A stretch of 63,962 bases of DNA, from assembly GCA_017458675.1 (NCBI GenBank), contig JAFTAM010000182.1, forward strand, positions 1 to 63,962. The letters run 5' to 3'. The position numbers and the translations under genes were made by a program. This document shows, piece after piece, positions 18,758 to 28,146 of this stretch. The notes below the pieces were generated by a model. That model was not told the DNA's origin and ran no database searches. It saw nothing but the letters and a program-made list of their open reading frames with translations. The DNA is from a bacterium. Its GTDB lineage: Bacteria > Vulcanimicrobiota > Xenobia > Xenobiales > Xenobiaceae. Position 1 is the first letter of the stretch, and each line of letters starts with the position of its first letter.

Positions 18758-21082
18758 CTATTCCAGTTTTTTTATCAGACACAGGATATTGCAGCCGTCC
18801 TTGTAGCGATAGGTCATCCTGTCGGTGAGGTTCTTGACCAGATGAACTCCCAGGCCTCCGTATCTGCGCTCCTCAAAGCTCAAATTAACATTGGGCGTTT
18901 CGATAGCCGTAGGATCGTAAGGACGGCCTCCGTCTATAAAGTGTACGGTAAGCTGTTTGGGACAGTCCTGAATTTCCGCTCTGATAAGAACTTTGCAATC
19001 TTTCTCAGCGCCGGAATACGAGGTGATGTTGGTGAAAATGTCGTCAATGACCGTACTGACCGTCGTTTTGATTCTGGCCAGAGCCTCCTCCTGCAGATCG
19101 GCCTTGCGATCCAGCAGATCCTCTACAAAATCCAATATTCTGTCCAGTTCGTCCCCGCTGGAATTGACCTCCAGAAACTTGTCGCTGCCCCGGCTTCCGA
19201 AATATTCAAAAGCGAGCATTGTTACATCGTCGCCTATGCCCCTTCTGTCGTCAGCAAATTCATCCAAAGCGGCTTTGACATAATTTATCAGGGAAGCGCA
19301 GTCATAAGAGCGTCCCTTTTCACCGTTCAGGACCTTAAGCAATCCCTCCGCGCCGAAGAATTCTCCGTCCTCGTTCAGAGCTTCGGTGACGCCGTCGGTA
19401 TAAAGAAATACTTTGTCTCCGGGTTCAAGCTGCCAGCTCTGGGAAGCGTAGCTCAAATTGTCAAGTCCTCCCAGCACAAAGCATGAGTTCACTTTAATTT
19501 CCTGCCAGCGGCCGTTTTTATAAAGAATCGGACGGCAGTGACCGGCATTGACAAATTTGAATTCGCCGCTGGCGACGTTCATAATTCCCACAAAAGCCGT
19601 TACAAACATGCCGGTAGCATTATTCTCGCAGAGCGAGATGTTGACGCTCTCAACGCAGCGCTCCAGAGAATCGCCGGAAAGGACCGCGTCATGAATGGCC
19701 GTCTTGGCCGTCATCATCAGCAGAGCCGCGGGGATTCCGTGTTCGGAAACGTCGGCTATCATCACTCCGTACAGGCTGTCGCTTATGCGGAAATAGTCGT
19801 AAAAATCGCCTCCCACCTCCTGAGCGGGTTCCGTAAGAGCACATAAATCCATGCTGCGCAGCTCCGGATAAGTGGGGAAATATTTAGGAAGACAGGAGAG
19901 CTGAATGGTTCGGGCCAGTTCCATCTGCTCGGCGTCGTGCGCCACCTGACGCTCCATTAAGTTTTTAAGAGCGTCGACCGTGGAATTTATGCCCTGACTG
20001 AGCACGCTGAATTCGGGATAGCTGTCCTCTTCGACTCTAACGTTCAGATCGCCGCCTTCTATTTCCGCCAGCGAATCGTTAATGCGATCCAGACCGTCGA
20101 TCATAATCATGCGCACCAGATAGGAAGCGGCAAAAAAGATCGATACGAAGATGATGGCAAAAATGACCAGCATTGCCGAAAAGACGGTGCGACGCGTCGC
20201 ATAGATTTCACGCACCGACATATAGCAGACCAGCTTATAGCGCTCGGTCTGGTATACGCTGTAATAGCAGCTGAGTCCGTCGCGCTTTACCGGCAGCAGA
20301 CTGTGTTCCTTTTCGTTGGCCGCATTAAAGTTGTAGGTATCTTCGGGAAGGATTAAATTATCGTAAACCTCCTCGACTCGGCGTCCGACCAGATGTTCGT
20401 TGGGACTGTTCTTAATAACGCCGTTTTCCACAATATCGACGCCGCCGGTTTCGCCTATGGGCAGACTCCCGTAAATGAACTGGTTTTCCGCAATATTGTA
20501 GGTAGTTTTAAAGCTTTCGGCGCTGATGCCCAAACGCACCAGAAAGCCCGGATGCCTCGAAAGCGGCGCGCTGAAAAGAAGAAGCTCCCGTCCTTTGCTG
20601 TCCAGGACGTACTCAACCTGCCTGTAGGTGCCGATACTGTTGACAAAGGCGCAGAAATCCGAACTGGGATCGTAGGGAGCCGACCTGTCGCTCCGAGCGC
20701 CGCCGCCCACAATTAATATATCAGAACTGACGGCTATGACATTGTGCACCGAATCAATAATATCGATTCGGGAAAGTCCCAGCCCGTTGCAGAGGCGCAC
20801 CAGAACCTTGGAGTCCTTGCCCAGTACGCTGGGAAAGCTGTCAACCACCTCGGCCACCGTTTCCAGCGAAGACAGCACGCTGTGCATCATGTTGGAGCGC
20901 AGTTCATAAGACTGCTTGTCCCCCAGATTAAGCGCCCTTACGGTATCCTTGTAAGTTTCCAGGAACAGCTTGCCCGCGTGGGTGCGGCAGTTGCGGTCCA
21001 CGATATCGAGGGAGAAAAAGGAAGCGACCAGTATCGCTATGGCCACCACAATCAACAGCTTTTTGCGAAACGCCTTGCGCAT
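18758..21082 (-). CDS. Membrane sensor: HAMP, SpoIIE/PP2C phosphatase and C-terminal RsbW-like HATPase domain
   Basis: Two TMs; HAMP; VGGDFYD, IADVS.HGIPAAL, LYTDGVTEA, DDVT; C-terminal DIFTNI..Y, D.G..YDP and GGLGVHLVK. Confidence 0.9.
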   Translation of the reverse strand: MRKAFRKKLLIVVAIAILVASFFSLDIVDRNCRTHAGKLFLETYKDTVRALNLGDKQSYELRSNMMHSVLSSLETVAEVVDSFPSVLGKDSKVLVRLCNGLGLSRIDIIDSVHNVIAVSSDILIVGGGARSDRSAPYDPSSDFCAFVNSIGTYRQVEYVLDSKGRELLLFSAPLSRHPGFLVRLGISAESFKTTYNIAENQFIYGSLPIGETGGVDIVENGVIKNSPNEHLVGRRVEEVYDNLILPEDTYNFNAANEKEHSLLPVKRDGLSCYYSVYQTERYKLVCYMSVREIYATRRTVFSAMLVIFAIIFVSIFFAASYLVRMIMIDGLDRINDSLAEIEGGDLNVRVEEDSYPEFSVLSQGINSTVDALKNLMERQVAHDAEQMELARTIQLSCLPKYFPTYPELRSMDLCALTEPAQEVGGDFYDYFRISDSLYGVMIADVSEHGIPAALLMMTAKTAIHDAVLSGDSLERCVESVNISLCENNATGMFVTAFVGIMNVASGEFKFVNAGHCRPILYKNGRWQEIKVNSCFVLGGLDNLSYASQSWQLEPGDKVFLYTDGVTEALNEDGEFFGAEGLLKVLNGEKGRSYDCASLINYVKAALDEFADDRRGIGDDVTMLAFEYFGSRGSDKFLEVNSSGDELDRILDFVEDLLDRKADLQEEALARIKTTVSTVIDDIFTNITSYSGAEKDCKVLIRAEIQDCPKQLTVHFIDGGRPYDPTAIETPNVNLSFEERRYGGLGVHLVKNLTDRMTYRYKDGCNILCLIKKLE

Positions 21083-21116
21083 TGACAATGTCTTTTACAC
21101 TCTCCCGAATATCTGC

Positions 21117-21431
21117 TTACTGCACCTGCAGAATCTGCGAAAATCCCGAAATGTCGAAAATTTCCTTGACCACGCTGTTGGCGTTGCATACCGTAACCGG
21201 CGCCGAAGCCCCCAGCTTCTTCTTTGCCATCAGCAGAACTCTCAGACCGGCGCTGGAGATATAATCAACCTTAGAGAAATCAAATACCAGCTTACGGCAA
21301 TGAGGCAGGACCTCATTGACCGCATTTTCCACATCCGAGGCGGTACTGCTGCCGAAGCGGCCGTCCAATAGCAAGGTCACTTCGGAATTTCCTCCGGCGT
21401 CGCTGTTTTCAATCCGTTTTTCAATTTTCAT
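21117..21431 (-). CDS. STAS domain anti-sigma factor antagonist
   Basis: DFSKVDYISSAGLRVLL and VKEIFDISGF motifs. Confidence 0.92.
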   Translation of the reverse strand: MKIEKRIENSDAGGNSEVTLLLDGRFGSSTASDVENAVNEVLPHCRKLVFDFSKVDYISSAGLRVLLMAKKKLGASAPVTVCNANSVVKEIFDISGFSQILQVQ

Positions 21432-21587
21432 AAAAGCTCTCTGTCCTCATACATATATTATAGTAGGAAATAAATTTTATTTTGGCGCCGCCTCCGCAAT
21501 CCTCCCTGCTTTGCTCTGCCATAATCATAAGCGGCTTCCGATCTCAGCGAAAATAAAATAATAGAGAGAGCCTGCGTCCGAAATTTA

Positions 21588-21624
21588 TTTTTCCTTATAA
21601 AAAAGTGTTTTTTATAAGGAAAAA
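21588..21624. repeat. Perfect 17-bp AT-rich inverted repeat in a divergent intergenic region
   Basis: tttttccttataaaaaa-gtg-ttttttataaggaaaaa. Confidence 0.85.
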
Positions 21625-21825
21625 AATACTTAATTTATAAATAGATACACATTTATTTAACATAATTGTATTGCTTACCGGATAGAATTCATCTATGATA
21701 CGCACATAAAAATTGGCCCCGTCCAATAGGTCTGCAGGCAGACGGTCAAAAATTATATTACTAAATAATCAAATACTAATATTCAGAGTGAATATTAACC
21801 CGGCTTTAAGCAAGGAGCACCTACC

Positions 21826-22323
21826 ATGAATGACATAAATTCGGCTAGTTTTTTAAACAGCAGCTTCAACGGCCTCAGGTCCGTAAATACTGTTGCCGAG
21901 TGCCCCCAGGCCGCTTCCGTGTCAAATCATGATACTAATTCGGAACATAATCACAGCGTAGAAGATTCTGTCAATATAGGCGTACGCTATGATAATGAAG
22001 AGAATCTGGAATCGGTTGCTTTCAGCGCCCGCAGCGACAGCGCCAAGGCTGTCAGATCCGAAGTCGCATCAGATAAATTTCAGCGGACCGACAGCAAAAA
22101 CATCAATAACGAATTTGACGGTTTCCTGATTTCCGGGAATTCGTCTTCCATTATGGCAGACAATAAAACTTCAAATTCATTTTCGCTCTCAAGTTTAGGA
22201 ACTATAGCTATTATTGACGATCCGCAGACGCCGGAAGAGCTTTTAAGCAGCGACATGGTCATGAACGGTCCTTCATTTGCCAAATATGGTATATACAACA
22301 TGGATGGCGACCGCATCGCTTAA
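21826..22323 (+). CDS. Hypothetical Ser/Asn-rich protein
   Basis: aaggag RBS, own terminator, no recognisable domain. Confidence 0.65.
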   Translation: MNDINSASFLNSSFNGLRSVNTVAECPQAASVSNHDTNSEHNHSVEDSVNIGVRYDNEENLESVAFSARSDSAKAVRSEVASDKFQRTDSKNINNEFDGFLISGNSSSIMADNKTSNSFSLSSLGTIAIIDDPQTPEELLSSDMVMNGPSFAKYGIYNMDGDRIA

Positions 22324-22344
22324 GCTGCATCCGCACAAACAGAT

Positions 22345-22379
22345 ACTGCTTTTATCTTCGGATAAAGGCAGTTTTTTTT
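22345..22379 (+). terminator. Intrinsic terminator
   Basis: actgcttttatc-ttcg-gataaaggcagt followed by a T run. Confidence 0.85.
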
Positions 22380-22647
22380 ATGCCCTCTGTCATTGCCGCT
22401 GAAGCCCCTAAGCAGCTAACGTTCCGCCCTAAATAACGCCCTCGCTTTTTAATCTATTTTTGTTATTATTGCATATTTATTGTTAGCATTAGGTTTAAGA
22501 TATTAAATAATACTTATTTAAGGATTTATTTAAATATTTATCCTGCCAATAAAAGCTATACTTATGAAGTCATATGCAAAGTTAAGTAGTTTTCCCTCTT
22601 CGGCGCAGCCCCGTTCTGTACGCAGTAAAAAATGGATACAAGGGCCG

Positions 22648-22909
22648 GCGCAGTCGGCAAGTTAAGCGAAAACGCGCTTTCAGCATACATGCTCCGCACA
22701 GGCTAAATTTTGCACAGGAGCGAGCGCCGTGAGCGAAGCGCAGCCGCGGAGCGAAGCGCTAAACATAACCGACATAGCGAAAACATACATAACATATTTG
22801 AAAGATTCTTCGCTGCGCTCTCAATGACAGGGCAAACGTTTACAAGCATAATGCAGAAATGCTGTTGTGCCATTTTTAGCGAAATCCAGTATTAACTTAA
22901 TGACATTGC
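22648..22909 (+). mobile_element. Interspersed structured repeat, copy 3
   Basis: cagtcggcaagttaagc...ccgacatagcgaaaacat...agattcttcgctgcgctctcaatgac...ttaacttaatgacattgc. Confidence 0.8.
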
Positions 22910-22971
22910 AAGAGCCAAAAAAAAGTTTTTCCACAGCAAAAACAGAATACTAAATAAAAAAGGACGCTCTT

Positions 22972-23493
22972 ATGCAGGAACAGGATATAATTTCTCTGAT
23001 TAAAGCTCATACAGCCTTCCGCGTCGGCTCCGGCTTCGACGTACACCGACTGGTAAAAGACAGACCTCTGATCATCGGCGGAGTGAACATTCCCTATGAA
23101 TTTGGATTATTAGGTCATTCCGACGCCGACGTTCTGGTGCATGCCGTAATGGACGCGCTCTTAGGCGCAGCTAAACTGGCCGATATAGGCGTTCATTTTC
23201 CTGACAGCGATCCTCGCTGGAAGGGTGCGGATTCCTTGAAGCTGGCTCGGGCCGTAGCGGATTTAGTCAGAGAAAAGGGCTTTGAAATTGTAAATGCCGA
23301 CAGCATCGTTATTGCCCAAAAACCGAAGATGTCTCCTTACTTCAGCCAAATGGCCGCCAATATAGCCAAAGCTCTGGGGATAGAGGCGGAAGCTGTCAGC
23401 GTCAAGGCCACGACCACAGAAAAGCTGGGCTTCTGCGGCGCAGGAGAGGGCATCGCCGCTTCAGCTTCGGTTCTATTGAGAAAAAAGCCCTGA
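22972..23493 (+). CDS. ispF: 2-C-methyl-D-erythritol 2,4-cyclodiphosphate synthase
   Basis: [33 protein letters not shown] and [13 protein letters not shown] motifs. Confidence 0.97.
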   Translation: MQEQDIISLIKAHTAFRVGSGFDVHRLVKDRPLIIGGVNIPYEFGLLGHSDADVLVHAVMDALLGAAKLADIGVHFPDSDPRWKGADSLKLARAVADLVREKGFEIVNADSIVIAQKPKMSPYFSQMAANIAKALGIEAEAVSVKATTTEKLGFCGAGEGIAASASVLLRKKP

Positions 23494-23545
23494 GGTACTT
23501 TATTAAGGCAGACTAAGCTGCCAAACTCTTTTCAGGAGGGAAAAC

Positions 23546-23950
23546 ATGGCCGTTGATAAGCAGAAGCTGCTCGAAGCTTTAAATGAAACCGATCCCGGTA
23601 CTCAGTGGTTTGTAGACAAAAAACTGCAGACCGTCCGCAAAGTTTCACTTCAAGACCCCCAAAGCATAGAATCCTTCAAGCGTGATTTAGCTAAAGATCC
23701 GTCCCGATTTATTAAAGTTGACAAGAGAAGCGGCCTCGAAAGGCGCAGCGAGCTGGAGGGATTTATAAAAATCATAGCCGATCCCAAACTCCAGCAAGTA
23801 CTTAGAGAGGCTCTGCACAGTCCCGCCCCCCACCGAGCCTTCCGTATGGCTCTGGAGCGCAAAAACAAAGAGCAGCGCCAATTTGCCGATTATCAGGATA
23901 AATGCGCTCAGAAGCGCCTGCAGGATTTTCTCAAATTGAATAACATTTAA
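23546..23950 (+). CDS. UPF0158-like protein
   Basis: Size, and the pattern FI..I.D..L...L..AL......RAFR..L typical of UPF0158; ggaggg RBS. Confidence 0.65.
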   Translation: MAVDKQKLLEALNETDPGTQWFVDKKLQTVRKVSLQDPQSIESFKRDLAKDPSRFIKVDKRSGLERRSELEGFIKIIADPKLQQVLREALHSPAPHRAFRMALERKNKEQRQFADYQDKCAQKRLQDFLKLNNI

Positions 23951-23992
23951 GCTCCCCCGCGAGCCGCAGATAAATAACACCGGAGGTCCGCC

Positions 23993-25180
23993 ATGTCAGC
24001 AGCTTTCACATTCAAAACCGCTTTAACAGCTTTTTCAGGCTGCCTTATAGCCGGAGCCTGCATTCTTCCCGTATCTGCTCAGCCGCTCGGCTCCGTTCCT
24101 CCGCCCGGTTCAGAGCCGGCCTGCCGCTCCGAAGCTTCTGCGGACCCAGCTCTCCCTGCGCTGACAAACAGCGCTTTGCTGCTGGCGGCTCAAAACAGCC
24201 GTTTTGTCATGCATGATCCTCAGTCCGGCTACAATGTCGAAAGCTACGCGCTTCCTCCCGGCTGGCAGGGTTTCGGCAAAGTCACCCTCAATATGGACCC
24301 CACCGGCGACAATATGCTGCAGTGGTTCAGCGGCTTTTACAATCCCCAGGATTCCAAGGTCTATGTGGAAAGCTCGGCGGTGCTGAAATATACAGTTCCT
24401 ATAAATAAGGTTCCCTTTATGGCCAATCCCCGGCTGCTGGCCGACGTCATGAAAAAATCAATCGCCGAAAGAGCCCACTATCAGGACATAAAATTTGAGT
24501 CCATCAACATAATTAACAGCAAAGACGCCGAGCTGGTCAAAATAGCCGCCGGCTTTGCCAAAATGGGAAAAAGCCTCAACCCTAACAGCAGAGCTCTGCC
24601 TCTGGAGGCCCAGGGACGTTTTTCCTTTTTTAAGAACGGCGAGAAATGGCTGGGCGAATCCGATATCGGCATCGCCGCCTGGGAAACTCCTATGCTGGGC
24701 GGCGTCTACTCCACCATGATGTTCTTCAATTCCGCCGTTTACAGGATCTATCCGGAGAAATCGGCGGCGGCTGTCCTTAAAGACGCCAAAACCATCGTAG
24801 CTTCCCGCAAAATCGATCCCGAATGGGAAAGACTGATAAACCAGATCAGAACCGACGTCGGCAGCGGCAACATAGAGGCCGCCCGCAAACGCGCTCAGAT
24901 TTGGCAGAAGACCGGAGAAGACATAGGCAAAATGAGACAGGACAGCTGGAACAAGCAGCAGCAGTCCCAGGACCGCATCTCCAAAAAACGCAGCGACCAG
25001 ATCAGAGGAGTTACCAGCGCTCCCGATCCCTTTGGCTCCGGCAGAACCGTTCAAACCAACGCCAACGCCAAGCACGTCTGGATCGACAGCAGCGGCAGGC
25101 AGCTCAACACCGAGGACGGATCTTACAATCCCAATTCCGACAAGACCAAAAATAACCGCGAGTGGCGGCAAATCAGATAA
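23993..25180 (+). CDS. Secreted hypothetical protein
   Basis: Signal peptide (VSA-Q); Gln-rich coiled segment; C-terminal VW.DSSG...T.D.SYNPN; ggaggt RBS. Confidence 0.7.
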   Translation: MSAAFTFKTALTAFSGCLIAGACILPVSAQPLGSVPPPGSEPACRSEASADPALPALTNSALLLAAQNSRFVMHDPQSGYNVESYALPPGWQGFGKVTLNMDPTGDNMLQWFSGFYNPQDSKVYVESSAVLKYTVPINKVPFMANPRLLADVMKKSIAERAHYQDIKFESINIINSKDAELVKIAAGFAKMGKSLNPNSRALPLEAQGRFSFFKNGEKWLGESDIGIAAWETPMLGGVYSTMMFFNSAVYRIYPEKSAAAVLKDAKTIVASRKIDPEWERLINQIRTDVGSGNIEAARKRAQIWQKTGEDIGKMRQDSWNKQQQSQDRISKKRSDQIRGVTSAPDPFGSGRTVQTNANAKHVWIDSSGRQLNTEDGSYNPNSDKTKNNREWRQIR

Positions 25181-25201
25181 CAAGAACGGAGTATCAACGC
25201 T

Positions 25202-25882
25202 ATGCAGATTCAGTATTTCGGCCATTCGGCCTTCGCTTTTATCTCTCCCAAGGGCAGCGTGCTCGTCGATCCCTATATTTCCGGCAGCCCGCACATGAAG
25301 GGCAAAGCCTTCCCCAAGGCTCTTAACGTCACCCATATTATTCTGACTCACGGTCACGGCGACCATGTGGGCGACGCCGTCCAGATCGCCCAGAAGCACA
25401 ATGCCGTAATTGTGGCTATACCCGAGCTGGCCGCCCTCATGAAGCAGAAGGGCGCCAATACTCTGGCCTGCGCCTTGGGCGGCGCCGTTAAATTTCCCTG
25501 GGGCGAAATGCGCTTCGTCCAGGCGATCCATTCCTCAGCTTACGAAAATAAATATGCGGGCGTAGCCGCCGGCGTAATTCTGCAGATGGAAGGACATACC
25601 GTTTACCACGCGGGCGACACCGCGCTCTTCGGCGATATGGCCTTAATAGGACGCCTTTACAAGCCGGAGATCGCCCTCCTGCCCATCGGCGGACACTTCA
25701 CTATGGATATAACGGAAGCGCTGGAAGCGGCCAAAATGCTGCAGCCCCGCACCGTTATTCCCATGCACTACAATACCTTCCCGGTCATACAGACCGACCC
25801 GGCAGAATACAAGGAAACCGCAGAAAGAGAGACCGCTTCCAAGGTCAAAATTATGCAGCCTCTGGAAATTTTTGAAATTTAA
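25202..25882 (+). CDS. Metal-dependent hydrolase, MBL fold (UPF0173)
   Basis: GHSAF, THGHGDHVGD, YHAGDT, LPIGGHFTM and IPMHYNTF motifs. Confidence 0.93.
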   Translation: MQIQYFGHSAFAFISPKGSVLVDPYISGSPHMKGKAFPKALNVTHIILTHGHGDHVGDAVQIAQKHNAVIVAIPELAALMKQKGANTLACALGGAVKFPWGEMRFVQAIHSSAYENKYAGVAAGVILQMEGHTVYHAGDTALFGDMALIGRLYKPEIALLPIGGHFTMDITEALEAAKMLQPRTVIPMHYNTFPVIQTDPAEYKETAERETASKVKIMQPLEIFEI

Positions 25883-25897
25883 CCGATATACAGAAAC

Positions 25898-28126
25898 ATG
25901 TTTAAGTACTCTCCGTTTTTTTTCGCCTTAGCCGCTTTAGGCCTGAGCGCATGGAGCGCAGTTGAAGCTGAAGAGGCAGAAAAGCTGCCCGACGGTCTTT
26001 ACGACGCGCCGGCAGCCTATTATGCGGCGGCCGACGGAATGGGTCTTGTCAACAGGAATCTGCCCTTTTATTGCGCCTATCCTTTAAACGTCGCAGACAA
26101 TTTGCGCGCCTCAATGCAGGATGACAGGTTCCGTCTGGTCATAGAGACTAAGTACGCGCCCAACTACCAAATCAGCCTGGGTAATTCAGGACAAAGCGTT
26201 ATTATCGAGCTTCTGGACGTACACAACCGAAGCCTGAAGCTGCCGGCTTTTCCCAAAGCGGCGGATCTGAAGGGCTGGTCTCTGAAGCAGAAGGGCTTAG
26301 ACACCTATGCCTTTACCGTGGACCTGAATCACCCCGTTGATCGGGACAGCGTAAAAGCCTTCACTCTCAATAATCCTCACCGTCTGGTTATTGATATCAA
26401 TACGGCCTATAACGCCGACGAGAAATATCAGATTAGTCCCGGCGTCACCTGGGTGCGCCAATCGATAAAGGACGGCGCCTTCGGAACCCTAATCTGGAAT
26501 CAGCTCTGTTTTGACCGCAGCGATCCCAATGTCACTATCGACGTAGCCCTGGCCCGCAGCGATCCCAACAAACTGGCCAAGCTCAGCAGCATAGTCGCTG
26601 AAAGCAAAGCCTTGGCCGGCGTAAACGGCGGATTTTTCAACATGCCGTCCGGCGGCATCCTGGGAGTAACCGTAAAAGACGGAAAGGTCATAGCCCCTCA
26701 TGTTGGCAGGCGGCCGGCCAGAAGCGTCTTCGCCGTCACTCAAAGCAACGATCTCTTCATTGAAAGAATCAAGGTCTTAAACGGCAAGCCGGTCAAACTC
26801 AACGGAAACGCCTGCCCTCCTCTGCGTCTGGCTCTGGGGGCGGGCCCGACGCTGCTGAAAAACGGACAGATAAATATAACCGTCAAGGAAGAGCAGCTGG
26901 GGCCGGGCGGCAACGACATCACCCGCGCCTGCGGGCGAACTGCGGTGGCATACAATAAGAATACCGTCATGCTGGCCACTCTCTCCGGTCCCCGCGACAG
27001 TCACAGCCAAGGCTGGAAACTGCCTACTATGGCCGGATATCTGCTCAAAAAGGGCATGACCGAGGCCTTAAACCTGGACGGCGGCGGCTCTGTGGATATG
27101 TCCATAGCCGACCGCATCGTAGCCAACGGCCCCCAAGCCGGCAGCTATGAGCGGCCTATCGCCACCGCTCTGGTGCTCAGAGACAGCCGCGGTCCCTCCT
27201 ACCCGGGAAGCATAAAACTCACGCTGCCTAAAAGCCTCAGCGGCGATTCCTCTCTCACTCAAAAAGCAGTTTTGCAGGCCTTCACTCCAGACGGCAAGCC
27301 GGCCGCCGACGGCTCGCGCATTAAGCTGCAGGGACAGGGAGTAAACTGCCCGGGCTCGGTCGTCATAAAAAACGGCAGAGCCGAGTTTCCGATATCCGCT
27401 ATGCGCGGCGTCGGCGCAGGCAGCCTGACCGCCTACAATCCCTTTGCCAAGACCAGCGCCGGCGTCAAGCTGGAAAACGGCAGGGCGGTCGGCTGGCAGG
27501 CGCGTCTGAACAGCCTGAGAACCGAATATGAGGCGGCTAAGCCCGGTGATCTGGCCGAGGAGCAAAGCTCCGATAAAACCGAGCTTTTGGACCGGCTTAT
27601 TAAATCGAAGGCTAAAAAGAATAAGAGCGCCTCTCTGATAAGCGCCTTCTACAAAAGCGCCCCTGCCGCGGCCAACAGCTTTTTGACAGAAAGCGGCTTC
27701 GACGGCGGCGTTCTGCCCTCTCCGGTCAGCCTGCCCGGGATCACAGCTCCCGAAAGCGAAGAGATGCGGCCCGAGCTTACAGAAGAGAACGGGCCGAGCC
27801 TGCAGGCAGGAGGCCTTAAAACCACGCTCAGGCCGCCCTCTCTCAAGCCCGTCCGTAAAATAAATCTGGACGTGGTCTTGAAGGATGAATGGAAAAACAA
27901 TATACCCTCCCGAACCGTACAGGTCTATGACAGTCTAGGCAGCCTTATCGGCGAAGGGAAGACTGACGCCGACGGCGTGCTGAACTTAAATCTGACAGTT
28001 CCCGGCAGCTGCACGGAGCTCCATTTTAAAAGCGAAGAAGCGCCGGAGCTGCTCCTGGACCTGACAGAAGCGCCGCAGTTTAAAAGCGGCTCCGGCGCAT
28101 ATGCGCAGGCAGATTTTATAAATTAA
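25898..28126 (+). CDS. Phosphodiester glycosidase (NAGPA family) with AMIN-like domain
   Basis: Signal peptide; FTLNNPHRLVID (AMIN); VNGGFF, GAGPTLL, RTAVA and ALNLDGGGS (NAGPA). Confidence 0.88.
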   Translation: MFKYSPFFFALAALGLSAWSAVEAEEAEKLPDGLYDAPAAYYAAADGMGLVNRNLPFYCAYPLNVADNLRASMQDDRFRLVIETKYAPNYQISLGNSGQSVIIELLDVHNRSLKLPAFPKAADLKGWSLKQKGLDTYAFTVDLNHPVDRDSVKAFTLNNPHRLVIDINTAYNADEKYQISPGVTWVRQSIKDGAFGTLIWNQLCFDRSDPNVTIDVALARSDPNKLAKLSSIVAESKALAGVNGGFFNMPSGGILGVTVKDGKVIAPHVGRRPARSVFAVTQSNDLFIERIKVLNGKPVKLNGNACPPLRLALGAGPTLLKNGQINITVKEEQLGPGGNDITRACGRTAVAYNKNTVMLATLSGPRDSHSQGWKLPTMAGYLLKKGMTEALNLDGGGSVDMSIADRIVANGPQAGSYERPIATALVLRDSRGPSYPGSIKLTLPKSLSGDSSLTQKAVLQAFTPDGKPAADGSRIKLQGQGVNCPGSVVIKNGRAEFPISAMRGVGAGSLTAYNPFAKTSAGVKLENGRAVGWQARLNSLRTEYEAAKPGDLAEEQSSDKTELLDRLIKSKAKKNKSASLISAFYKSAPAAANSFLTESGFDGGVLPSPVSLPGITAPESEEMRPELTEENGPSLQAGGLKTTLRPPSLKPVRKINLDVVLKDEWKNNIPSRTVQVYDSLGSLIGEGKTDADGVLNLNLTVPGSCTELHFKSEEAPELLLDLTEAPQFKSGSGAYAQADFIN

Positions 28127-28146
28127 CTTAAAGGCGAGGAAAGAAC

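Noticed and set aside
22710-22895. Short ORFs over repeat copies (also 33205-33417, 33246-33584, 35144-35359 and the start of 1909-2394)
   Set aside because: They resemble each other only because they translate the interspersed element; starts and frames are not conserved between copies.
24458-25531. 357-aa antisense ORF (similarly 33650-34351, 54040-54849, 58306-59106)
   Set aside because: Each lies fully opposite well-supported genes, a typical shadow of biased codon usage.
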